Source: Candidatus Woesearchaeota archaeon (GTDB lineage Archaea > Nanobdellota > Nanobdellia > Woesearchaeales > UBA11576). From it: a stretch of DNA of 25,069 bases. The stretch lies in the NCBI GenBank assembly GCA_019322385.1, contig JAHWIS010000088.1, positions 1-25,069 of the forward strand, read 5' to 3'. A program made the position numbers and the translations under genes. Shown here piece by piece: positions 7,457 through 15,560 of this stretch. Position 1 is the stretch's first letter. The number at the start of each line of letters is the position of its first letter. The notes under the pieces are model-generated. The model did no database searches and was not told the origin of the DNA. It worked only from the letters and a program-made list of their open reading frames with translations.

Positions 7457-8560
7457 CTATTCAATCTTCTTGACAAACATGCTCTTGAATTCCTTTCCCA
7501 GCAATTCCTTAGCAGTCTTTGTAAGGTCTCCCATGGTGAGGAAAAGGATGGGAAGCTTCTTCATCTGGCCATACACAAATGCTGTGGAGAGGTCTCCGTC
7601 GCTGACCTTTGATTTTGATTTTGCCTTGCAATAGTATTCAAGCGAGCCCACATTGCTTGGCAGATTTATTATGAAGTCGTATTCTGTGCCTTTCCTTATG
7701 TTAGTGAAATCAAGTATCTCGATGCCAGAGCTGTTGAAGAATGATCTTATCTTATTGAAGAACTCATCGTCTTCAGGAAATTCAAGGACTTTCACTTCAG
7801 GCTGCGGCTCTTCTTTCTTCTTCTCTATCTTCACCTTCTCATCTGTATCTATTGTTGTAGAGAACGAGACAGAAGTCTGGTATGAGAACTCAGGCACCTC
7901 ATCCTCATCCAATGTTGTCATCTTCACTGATGTGACTGGCTTTGGCGCCTCGACAACATGGGCAGGTGGTTTCTGCACTTCTGGCTTTGGAGGGGCGGGT
8001 GCTGGTCTTGGCTGTGCAGGTGCAGGCTGCACTGGCTTTTTCACATCTGCGAAAGTGGCCTGAACTTCCTTCTGAATAGGCTTTTCAGGCATCTTTGGAG
8101 GCTCTTGTTTTGCTGCCTTTGCGTTTATGTAATCCTTTATCAAGGTCTCTGCATCCTTGTCTGAAACACTATAGAATTTCCAGAACAGGTCTTTTTTGCT
8201 GTTGGCAGAGACCTCCAGGGGAACTGCAAAATCCTTGATCTCCCGCAATGCAACACGGCTCTGCGGGTCCTGGTCCCTGTCCCTAAGTATATTTGACTTT
8301 TTCAGGAGCTCAAAGACCCTATAATTCTTCTCAGTGAGCTTATGAGCAAATTTCTCAACAATGTGCTCCTGGCCAGTACAATAATAGAGAGGGGAACCTC
8401 CTATTTTCATTGAAGTGAGCATCAGTTTCTTCTGATCCACCATCTCAGAGAGCATTGCAGAAGCAAAAAGCACATCAGTGCGCAATTCCTTGTTTATCTG
8501 TGCTGGAAGCAAAGGCCCTTTTTCTTTCACAATAGCAAGAATTTTCTCACGGTTGTCCAT
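7457..8560 (-). CDS. Hypothetical protein: wHTH-like N-terminus, Pro-rich linker, C-terminal restriction-endonuclease-like fold
   Basis: 367 aa. TATA TTTATATA at 8583-8590 (minus). First gene of an apparent operon with fen, eamA and trm5. Domain calls are by eye only. Confidence 0.7.
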   Translation of the reverse strand: MDNREKILAIVKEKGPLLPAQINKELRTDVLFASAMLSEMVDQKKLMLTSMKIGGSPLYYCTGQEHIVEKFAHKLTEKNYRVFELLKKSNILRDRDQDPQSRVALREIKDFAVPLEVSANSKKDLFWKFYSVSDKDAETLIKDYINAKAAKQEPPKMPEKPIQKEVQATFADVKKPVQPAPAQPRPAPAPPKPEVQKPPAHVVEAPKPVTSVKMTTLDEDEVPEFSYQTSVSFSTTIDTDEKVKIEKKKEEPQPEVKVLEFPEDDEFFNKIRSFFNSSGIEILDFTNIRKGTEYDFIINLPSNVGSLEYYCKAKSKSKVSDGDLSTAFVYGQMKKLPILFLTMGDLTKTAKELLGKEFKSMFVKKIE

Positions 8561-8626
8561 GAACGAAAATTAGTTGCTTTTGTATATAAAGTTTGTTGTG
8601 TTTAAAAACAAAGAAACAGAAAGGAT

Positions 8627-9247
8627 TTACGGCCTGACCCAGCGGATCTCATAGTAAGTGACGTCACCTTCATCGTCGACAACACCGATAAGCAGGCGCT
8701 TCTTTGTGCTGTGGGCAACGCGGTTCTTTGCGCTGAACTCGTACCATGTCAGGTGCTCGCCCTCATGCACTGGATAGACAATCCATCTGGCGTGATCCTC
8801 ACCAGGCTTGACACCGCGGTCATAGACGCGGAAGTCTGCACCGAATTTCAATGCTGTCTTTATGATGTAGCCGCGATTCCTCATGTCCTTGAACACGCAG
8901 TAGCGTATCCAGAAATTCGGCTCTACCTTTTTTGCCTTCTTTACAAAAGAATCAAAAGAGATGGCCTTTTTCCTTCCATCAATGACCTTTAGGCGACCTT
9001 TCTCCATGAGGTAAAGAGCCTCAAGCAGAGAGAGCTGGATTTTGCCTTCATCTATGACATTGCCGTACCTGCTCTGGTTATAGAGCTCTCTAGCTTCATC
9101 AGTAGGTTCAGTGATTACTCGCTCGCGTGCAAGAACAGCAGAAACAACTGACTTTGGCTTTTTGGGCTCTGTCTCTTTAGCCTTCTTAGCCTTTGCAGCC
9201 GCTTTTGCGGTCTCTGCAGGCGCCTCGGCTTTCTTTTTCCTAGGCAT
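8627..9247 (-). CDS. endA: tRNA-splicing endonuclease, single catalytic unit (206 aa)
   Basis: LSLLEALYL, RGYIIKTALKFGADFRVY (catalytic Tyr), EDHA (His), RVAHSTKK (Lys). The real start is MPRKKK at 9247, because the longer ORF would overlap rnz. Confidence 0.93.
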   Translation of the reverse strand: MPRKKKAEAPAETAKAAAKAKKAKETEPKKPKSVVSAVLARERVITEPTDEARELYNQSRYGNVIDEGKIQLSLLEALYLMEKGRLKVIDGRKKAISFDSFVKKAKKVEPNFWIRYCVFKDMRNRGYIIKTALKFGADFRVYDRGVKPGEDHARWIVYPVHEGEHLTWYEFSAKNRVAHSTKKRLLIGVVDDEGDVTYYEIRWVRP

Positions 9248-9269
9248 ATATTCAAGGGGTTTGGGGTGA

Positions 9270-9312
9270 TTTATAAATGTTTGGCTCTGGCAATAGAGTA
9301 AATATTTATAAA
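9270..9312. promoter_or_regulatory. Divergent TATA boxes for endA and rnz
   Basis: TTTATAAA at 9270-9277 (22 nt from endA ATG) and at 9305-9312 (23 nt from rnz ATG). Confidence 0.7.
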
Positions 9313-9335
9313 CAAAAGAAGAACAAATCCAGGAC

Positions 9336-10244
9336 ATGATAGAAATAACGTTTTTAGGGACATCTGCCATGGTCCCTACAAAGGAAAGGAATGTAACTGG
9401 GATTTTCCTTAGATACAAGAACGAAGGCATATTGCTGGACTGTGGGGAAGGGACACAGAGGCAGATGAACATAGCAGGCATCAACAGGAACAGCGTGACA
9501 AAGATACTTGTCAGCCACTGGCATGGAGACCATGTGTCAGGCATCGTGGGCCTGTTGCAGACCATGGGAAACAAGGAGAAAAACCCAAAGATAGCGATAT
9601 ACGGGCCTAAAGGCACTAAAGAGCATGTCAAGCACATGATGGGGATGGTTATATTCGATGTTCAGGTAGAGCTTGAGGTGCATGAGCTAGTGCCAAAGAA
9701 GAATGAAATACTTACAGCTCTGGAGACAGATGATTATGTTGTAGAGTGCGCTGCAATGGATCACAAGATACCCTGCATAGGGTACAGCTTTATTGAGAAG
9801 GACAGGCTGAATATAGATGTTGACAAGCAGAAGAAGCTAGGGGTAAAGGACGGGCCTCATCTGCGGAAGCTCAAGGAAGGAAAGACCATCAAGTACAAAG
9901 GTAAAGAGATCAAGCCTGAAGACGTGACTTATGTGGTGGAAGGCAAAAAAATCACGTACATAGCAGATACTGCTGCTTGCGAGAACGCTGCAAAGCTTGC
10001 AAAAGAGGCTGATGTGATGATATCAGAGTCAGCATATGCTGCAAATCTGCAGGAAAAGGCAGATGAGTATAAGCATCTGACAGCAAAGGACGCTGCAATG
10101 CTGGCAAGCCAAGCAGATGTCAAGAAGCTCATCCTGACGCATTTCTCGCAGAGATACAAGACAGTCGAAGAGATCGAAGAGGATGCAAAGACAATATTCC
10201 CAGAGACTGCCTGTGCATTTGATTTCATGAAGATAAAGGTCTGA
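9336..10244 (+). CDS. rnz: Ribonuclease Z
   Basis: FLGTS..PTKERN, DCGEGTQRQ, SHWHGDH, exosite GVKDGP, ADT, LTHFSQRY. Confidence 0.96.
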   Translation: MIEITFLGTSAMVPTKERNVTGIFLRYKNEGILLDCGEGTQRQMNIAGINRNSVTKILVSHWHGDHVSGIVGLLQTMGNKEKNPKIAIYGPKGTKEHVKHMMGMVIFDVQVELEVHELVPKKNEILTALETDDYVVECAAMDHKIPCIGYSFIEKDRLNIDVDKQKKLGVKDGPHLRKLKEGKTIKYKGKEIKPEDVTYVVEGKKITYIADTAACENAAKLAKEADVMISESAYAANLQEKADEYKHLTAKDAAMLASQADVKKLILTHFSQRYKTVEEIEEDAKTIFPETACAFDFMKIKV

Positions 10245-10259
10245 CAGTAGTATTCTCGA

Positions 10260-10284
10260 CGGAAAATAGTTTCCGGTTTTTATT
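10260..10284 (+). terminator. Possible hairpin plus T-tract terminator after rnz
   Basis: CGGAAA-ATAG-TTTCCG followed by GTTTTTATT. Confidence 0.4.
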
Positions 10285-10339
10285 CTTGCATGATGATAAT
10301 AAATCTTTAAATAAGATTAGGTAAGACATTCAGTATAGG

Positions 10340-10486
10340 ATGGAAAAACCAAGCTGGCAACAGAGACGGTCTCCTGAAGAGACGTTTGATGACAAGGTCA
10401 GGCAGCTCATGTACAAGCGCAAGATAACATATCAGGAAGCTTCAGAGCTTGTGAAGAAAGGCCAGAGATCCATCATGGAATTCTGA
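10340..10486 (+). CDS. 48-aa microprotein with C-terminal PIP-box-like motif (not in ORF track)
   Basis: MEKPSWQQRRSPEETFDDKVRQLMYKRKITYQEASELVKKGQRSIMEF*. TTTAAATA at 10306-10313. The ORF is a GC-richer island between AT-rich spacers. Confidence 0.75.
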   Translation: MEKPSWQQRRSPEETFDDKVRQLMYKRKITYQEASELVKKGQRSIMEF

Positions 10487-10561
10487 TTTGGATAAATATT
10501 GATTATATATTATAAGCAGAAGAGCACAATGTATTTAATGTCAGAAGTCTTTTTTTATTCT

Positions 10562-10951
10562 ATGTCTCGGAAATCAAAAGGGATAAATGCAGAAAGGGAG
10601 CTTATACACCTTTTCTGGAAGAACAGCTGGAGCGCTTGTAGGATAGCTGGAAGCGGATCTGCGAGGTATCCCTCACCTGATGTGATTGCTGGAAACAATG
10701 TGCGCAAGCTCGCGATAGAATGCAAAGTGACAAGGGATGTGCGCCAGTACCTTACAGGCAAAGAGATAGATGAGCTCAAGGAGTTCTCCAAAGTGTTCGG
10801 CGCAGAGCCATGGGTAGGTGTGAAGTTCAACAATGTGGATTGGTATTTCCTTACGCTTGAAGATATCAAGGATGCAGGGGAAGGCTATTCTGTATCGCTT
10901 GAGATGGCTAAGCGCAGGGGTTTTCTTTTTGACGAGCTGATAAAACAATAG
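10562..10951 (+). CDS. hjc: Archaeal Holliday junction resolvase
   Basis: KGINAERELI, RIAGSG, PDVIAG and IECK motifs; start MSRKSKG at 10562. Confidence 0.93.
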   Translation: MSRKSKGINAERELIHLFWKNSWSACRIAGSGSARYPSPDVIAGNNVRKLAIECKVTRDVRQYLTGKEIDELKEFSKVFGAEPWVGVKFNNVDWYFLTLEDIKDAGEGYSVSLEMAKRRGFLFDELIKQ

Positions 10952-11015
10952 GTATAGCGGCATTTCAGGGTTTCTTACGAAAAAATTAATAAAGCTCTTA
11001 AAACAAGATAATGGT

Positions 11016-11660
11016 ATGAAGAGGTGGATACATAAAATAGAGGTGATAGTGGACAAGGCAATACCGCCTGCGCTTATAGTTCTTCTTGCAGTGATTGTAT
11101 TGGACCTGGGATTCTCTGAATTTGTTGAAGAGCACCATCTGCACCCATACGTCCTTATTGTAGACTATATCATAATAGGCATATTTGTTGTTGACCTTAT
11201 CTTTAAGTACAACAGGACAAGACATGTATCCAAGTTCGTAAAGAAATACTGGCTGGACATACTGGCTGTATTCCCTTTCTTCCTTGTCTTCAGACTGTTC
11301 GAGCTTGCAGCCGGGGCATTCTCATTCGTGGTGAGCGAGAGTGCCCAGACAGTCCAGGCAATAGTGCATGAAGGCCTCGAAGTTGAGAAAGAGGGAGCTA
11401 AAATATTCAGGGAAGCAGAGAAGTTCGCCAAAGAGGGAAGCAGGGTGGCGCGAGGGGCAGAGAAAGTCTCGAAACTCAGCAGATCTGCAAGGTTCATGAG
11501 ATTCCTCAGGCCTATATTGAGGCTTCCAAGGTTCATCAAGGCAATACCAAGGATGATGCACTTCTATGCAAAGCCTACTGGAGAGCATCATGTGCATGAG
11601 TTCATGCCGAAGCATCGAAAAGGAAATAAAGGGAAAAAGACGGAAAAGAAAAAGAAATGA
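11016..11660 (+). CDS. Membrane protein resembling an ion-channel voltage-sensor domain (S1-S4) without a pore
   Basis: IFVVDLI (S2), FVKKYWLDILAVFPF (S3), RSARFMRFLRPILRLPRF (S4-like). No S5-P-S6 region or selectivity filter follows. Confidence 0.7.
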   Translation: MKRWIHKIEVIVDKAIPPALIVLLAVIVLDLGFSEFVEEHHLHPYVLIVDYIIIGIFVVDLIFKYNRTRHVSKFVKKYWLDILAVFPFFLVFRLFELAAGAFSFVVSESAQTVQAIVHEGLEVEKEGAKIFREAEKFAKEGSRVARGAEKVSKLSRSARFMRFLRPILRLPRFIKAIPRMMHFYAKPTGEHHVHEFMPKHRKGNKGKKTEKKKK

Positions 11661-11661
11661 T

Positions 11662-12828
11662 TCACGCTTTTTTCGGTAATGCTTTGATAAGCTTTTCCCT
11701 GACCCGCTTGACCAACAATTCTCTTTTTGTATCGACCTCTTTCAAGGTCTTGACAAGGCTCTTCAGTTTTGCGAACTCTTCTTTTGTCTTTTCCATGAAC
11801 TCCTTCCGGTTCATGATATGCCTGTCCCTTGACAACTCGCTTGACAACTCTGCTATCTGGTCGCAAATCGTATCTATCTTATCCTCAAGAAGCTCTTCTT
11901 TCTTAAGGTCTTTCTCAACAAACTCGTGATATTTCTTCAAAGAAACGCGCATCAGTTTCTTTGTCTCTGCAACAAAATCATCATCCTTGATGTCCATGAA
12001 CTTCACCTCATTTGCAGCGCGCCTTATGATCTCCAGATGCGCAGTGTCCTCCTCTATCCCTTTGGGTGTTGCAAGAAGGCTAAGCGCCTTGTTCATGTTC
12101 TTTATCAGTCCTCGTATCTTTGACTCTATGAATTCAAGCGTGAACTCCTCTTTTCCGACTATCCTGCCATCTGTAAGATGGATTGTCCTGTCTGCCTGCG
12201 CAGCAAATTCCTTCTCATGCGTTATCATGATAATTGTCTTGCCAGTTTCTTTGTTTATCTTTTTAAAAAGATCCACAACCTGCTGCGATGACTTGCTGTC
12301 GAGAGTGCCTGTAGGCTCGTCAGCAAGGATTATAAGAGGGTCATTGGACAATGCCCTTGCTATCGACACAAGCTGCATCTGACCACCAGATATCTGCGAT
12401 GGCTTATTGTATATCCTATGCTCAAGCTTTATTGTCCTTGCCAGCTCCAATGCTTTTTTTGCAGTCTTTTTTTCGTCAGTTCTTGCGATCATCATCGGAA
12501 GCCTGATATTCTCCAGCACTGTAAGCTCTGGAAGCAGGTTGAAGAACTGGAATACCCTGCCTATCTTATTAAGCCTGAATTCTGTCCTTTTCAACTCGCT
12601 CAGAGTTGATGTGTCTGTGCCATTTATGAGAACCTTGCCTGAATCAGGAGTGTCAATGAGGCCTATCTGGTTGAAGAGAGTTGTCTTTCCGCTGCCAGAT
12701 GCTCCTGTGATCGCGACAAACTCCCCTTTCTCTACCTTGAATGATATGCCTTTTAGGACCTGCGTCGTCACTTCGCCTATCTTAAATTCCTTTTTCACAT
12801 TCCTCACATCAATCATTGTCTCGCTCAT
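11662..12828 (-). CDS. ABC transporter ATP-binding protein (LolD/MacB-like) with about 160-aa helical C-terminal extension
   Basis: GASGSGKT, ISGGQMQ, ILADEPTG and ITH motifs. Confidence 0.92.
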   Translation of the reverse strand: MSETMIDVRNVKKEFKIGEVTTQVLKGISFKVEKGEFVAITGASGSGKTTLFNQIGLIDTPDSGKVLINGTDTSTLSELKRTEFRLNKIGRVFQFFNLLPELTVLENIRLPMMIARTDEKKTAKKALELARTIKLEHRIYNKPSQISGGQMQLVSIARALSNDPLIILADEPTGTLDSKSSQQVVDLFKKINKETGKTIIMITHEKEFAAQADRTIHLTDGRIVGKEEFTLEFIESKIRGLIKNMNKALSLLATPKGIEEDTAHLEIIRRAANEVKFMDIKDDDFVAETKKLMRVSLKKYHEFVEKDLKKEELLEDKIDTICDQIAELSSELSRDRHIMNRKEFMEKTKEEFAKLKSLVKTLKEVDTKRELLVKRVREKLIKALPKKA

Positions 12829-13982
12829 GTCCTCATGGCCTCCACCATGTCGATCTTCGCAGCCCGGTAGGCAGGATAAAGAGAAGCTAATATTGAAACA
12901 AAAATCGTAATCCCTGACGCCATAATTGCGGCATACGGGTTGAAAGTAAATGTAAACACCCTTCCTGCTTCTGCTATGAACCAGGGATGCATCTCCAAAT
13001 AAGACGTGACAAGATAACTAATTGCGATTCCTATAGATGAGGCGATAATACCATAAATTACTCCTTGAATTATGTATATTGACATCACAGAACTGTTTTT
13101 TGTGCCAACTGCCTTCAATATTGCGATAATCCTTGTCTTGCTGATAACATTCACGTAAAAAAGAGTTGTTTCCATCAATGCTCCTATTATCAAACCCAAC
13201 ACCACAAGAAGCCGCAGTATGTTTGTCACGATTTTAAGTGTTCTCATAAAACCTGGGAATTCCTCTTCTGCTGACCTAATAGTATCGCTGATTCCCTGTT
13301 GGTATACGAGTGTTTTTGTATACTGGGCCAAGCTTCTATCTTCCAGTGATACTAAGATATTAGTAGCAACATTTCCGACTGAAAGATCTCTTTGCAAATC
13401 ATTAATATTCACCAATACTGACCGCCAGCTATAATAACCTGCTGCCTGTGTTACGCCGACCACTTCATATTTAGTTATTTTGCCGTTTGTATATATAATT
13501 TCAACAGATTCTCCCACACCCACGTCCAAGTCACGCGCCACATGCATACCAAGCACAACTTTGTTCCTATCACTGTCCCGCAGAAAACTTCCTGAAAACA
13601 ATGTCTTGTCAATATTGGTTACTTTTGCATCATCAGAAGGGACAAATCCGACTATATCAACGTCCCGCCCCCTGGACCCTTTAGTAACTCTACCAAATGT
13701 TGCCAATCTTTTTGAAACACCGTCGACCCCCTCTATTGTACGTATCCTATCTGCCTTGCTGTCAATATCTTCAATGTAATCTGCCTTTTCTTTCGGTCTT
13801 ATTGTCAAATCACCTAAGTGAAGTTCCAAATAGGTGCCGTACATCAAATCTTCAACACCATTGACAAATGCGTCCCCTATTATGTAATTGCTCGTGCCCA
13901 TAACCAAAGCAATCACTATGATGACTGACACTACTTTATTGGTTTTTAATCCTCTGAGGGCAAGAAGAACTTCAGGCTTCAT
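12825..13982 (-). CDS. ABC transporter permease (LolC/E-MacB-FtsX family)
   Basis: TM1, large extracellular domain, 3 C-terminal TMs; IAILKAVG and SLYPAYRAAKID motifs. Confidence 0.9.
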   Translation of the reverse strand: MKPEVLLALRGLKTNKVVSVIIVIALVMGTSNYIIGDAFVNGVEDLMYGTYLELHLGDLTIRPKEKADYIEDIDSKADRIRTIEGVDGVSKRLATFGRVTKGSRGRDVDIVGFVPSDDAKVTNIDKTLFSGSFLRDSDRNKVVLGMHVARDLDVGVGESVEIIYTNGKITKYEVVGVTQAAGYYSWRSVLVNINDLQRDLSVGNVATNILVSLEDRSLAQYTKTLVYQQGISDTIRSAEEEFPGFMRTLKIVTNILRLLVVLGLIIGALMETTLFYVNVISKTRIIAILKAVGTKNSSVMSIYIIQGVIYGIIASSIGIAISYLVTSYLEMHPWFIAEAGRVFTFTFNPYAAIMASGITIFVSILASLYPAYRAAKIDMVEAMRT

Positions 13983-15169
13983 TTTCTTTGCTTTACAAAT
14001 TTCCTCAAACTGGAAAACAACAAGATCAGTATAAGGATGACTATTACAATGTTCTGCACTGACAGGATATCTATCTTTGCTTTTCCGACATACATATTCA
14101 GGTCATACACAGAAGAATGCGTTCCTAAATCATCTGAATACGACAAGCTCAACCTGTAATCATAGTTGCCTGAGCCTTTTGACTTGAGCGGAAACACAAG
14201 AGGCGCGTCCTCTCCTGGCTCAATAGTGCTCAAGAAAGACTTCTTGACACCCTCGAAAGGGATATTGATCTCAGCACTGACTGACTCTGCATCGCCTGTG
14301 CCGCTATTGCCTACCCTTATCACCAAGAAGAAATCAGTATTGCTGGAGATGACAGACGGTTCAGTGCTTACTGATGCAAGGTTGATTATTGCATCACCAA
14401 GAACCTCTATGCCCATTATCTCAGAAGATGTTATCTCATCTGTAGCTGTCTCATCCAATGCAGTGATCTCGAGGGGTATCTGGTAAGATGTTGTTCTTGC
14501 ATCCTTGCTGACCCTCAAAGGGAATGTTATCATCCTGCTATCACCAGGGCTCATGCTCTCGATGAACTCAGAATTATCTGTCAGTGGAACCACTGGCAGG
14601 CCTTTGAGCACTGCCTCGACCCTTACGTTCTTTGCAGTGCCTGTTCCTTTGTTCTCTAATGTGAAAGCGATGTTGAATTCATCCCCTGGCCTGAGAGTTG
14701 ACTTTGACACCTCAGGCTTGGTTATTGCAAGGTCTGGAACCCCTTCTACCTTGATGTTAACAATCTGCTTGAATGATGTCTGGCCGTCTAAATCCCTTAT
14801 GATGATATCGAGTTCATATAACCCTGTCTTTGCATCGGGATTGACAAGAAGGTGATAGTCCTGCTCATAGCTGCCAACACCTACAAGATGCTCAATGAAA
14901 ACCTGTTTTTCTGTTTCATACTTGAAAGTGAAAGGGCCTTCGGTCTCAACAACCAGATAGATGTTCTTTGCTTCATCAGCATCAATGTTCATGATGTTCA
15001 GTGTCACAAGCAAATCGTTTCCAGGCCTTACTGGCTGCGGTGTTATCTCTCCCTTCAGGATCCCGTATTTTGAGGTTGTCCTGAGCGCTATATCCTGCGC
15101 TGAAACGCTAAAGCTTGTAATGATTAGAAAGAGAGATAGGATTACTGCTGAAAATAGCTTTTTCCCCAT
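13979..15169 (-). CDS. COG1361-type S-layer/Ig-like domain protein
   Basis: Signal peptide, three repeats of the PG....N.G...A..V type, C-terminal TM; SD GGTGA; ATGA overlap with the permease. Confidence 0.8.
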   Translation of the reverse strand: MGKKLFSAVILSLFLIITSFSVSAQDIALRTTSKYGILKGEITPQPVRPGNDLLVTLNIMNIDADEAKNIYLVVETEGPFTFKYETEKQVFIEHLVGVGSYEQDYHLLVNPDAKTGLYELDIIIRDLDGQTSFKQIVNIKVEGVPDLAITKPEVSKSTLRPGDEFNIAFTLENKGTGTAKNVRVEAVLKGLPVVPLTDNSEFIESMSPGDSRMITFPLRVSKDARTTSYQIPLEITALDETATDEITSSEIMGIEVLGDAIINLASVSTEPSVISSNTDFFLVIRVGNSGTGDAESVSAEINIPFEGVKKSFLSTIEPGEDAPLVFPLKSKGSGNYDYRLSLSYSDDLGTHSSVYDLNMYVGKAKIDILSVQNIVIVILILILLFSSLRKFVKQRK

Positions 15170-15231
15170 AAATTCACCGCTTTTTTGGAAAAATACGGTT
15201 GTTAGGTATTTAAAGGTTTTGGTAGAAAAAA

Positions 15232-15304
15232 AGCCTCCGAGGGGAGTTGCACCCCTGACCTGCTGCTTACGAGGCAGCCGCTATAGCTACTAAGCCACGG
15301 AGGC
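15232..15304 (-). tRNA. tRNA-Thr(CGT), intronless
   Basis: GCCTCCG/CGGAGGC acceptor plus U73; anticodon arm GCTGC-CT-CGT-AA-GCAGC; T-arm AGGGG-TGCAACT-CCCCT; followed by a T-run. Confidence 0.93.
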
Positions 15305-15312
15305 AGATGTAA

Positions 15313-15468
15313 TTACAAATGCTCAAGCATGTCTTTTTTTGATGCAAACTTCTTCTGGCATTCAGAACATACAGTATGCTTCTTGCCTTTCTTGTCCTTG
15401 ACATACGTGCCGATTGGCTTGTTAAGGAATGTCCCGACAATCTTCTTCTTGCAGATAGCGCATTTCAT
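15313..15468 (-). CDS. 51-aa basic zinc-finger protein (CxxC...CxxC; not in ORF track)
   Basis: MKCAICKKKIVGTFLNKPIGTYVKDKKGKKHTVCSECQKKFASKKDMLEHL*. TTTAAATA at 15493-15500 (minus). Confidence 0.85.
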   Translation of the reverse strand: MKCAICKKKIVGTFLNKPIGTYVKDKKGKKHTVCSECQKKFASKKDMLEHL

Positions 15469-15492
15469 AAACAGCTGAGGAGTAGGGATTGG

Positions 15493-15540
15493 TATTTAAA
15501 TCTAGTGATATGGCGCGAAATGGCGTAAAACATTTAAATA
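15493..15540. promoter_or_regulatory. Divergent TATA boxes
   Basis: TTTAAATA on minus at 15493-15500 and on plus at 15533-15540, each 20-24 nt from a start codon. Confidence 0.65.
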
Positions 15541-15560
15541 ATGCAATCCTCGTCTAATAT

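Noticed and set aside
133..7459. Genome-wide UAG recoding: TAG stops at 135, 1796 and 7457 are followed in frame by the next gene
   Set aside because: Two of the downstream genes have their own SD motifs. TAG ends Hjc at normal length, and readthrough at 4499 would run into trm5. In-frame spacing is expected one time in three.
9248..9637. Long N-terminal extension of EndA in the ORF track (336 aa)
   Set aside because: It overlaps rnz antisense and crosses the divergent promoter; a TATA supports the start at 9247.
10499..10561. Upstream TTG extension of hjc; likewise 5531-5572 for trm5 and 20350-20367 for DUF99
   Set aside because: These are AT-rich promoter-like sequence or overlaps with upstream genes, and family N-termini match the shorter starts.
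11657..15293. Numerous 60-170 aa antisense ORFs here and throughout the window
   Set aside because: They are shadows of well-supported genes on the opposite strand and show no motifs.
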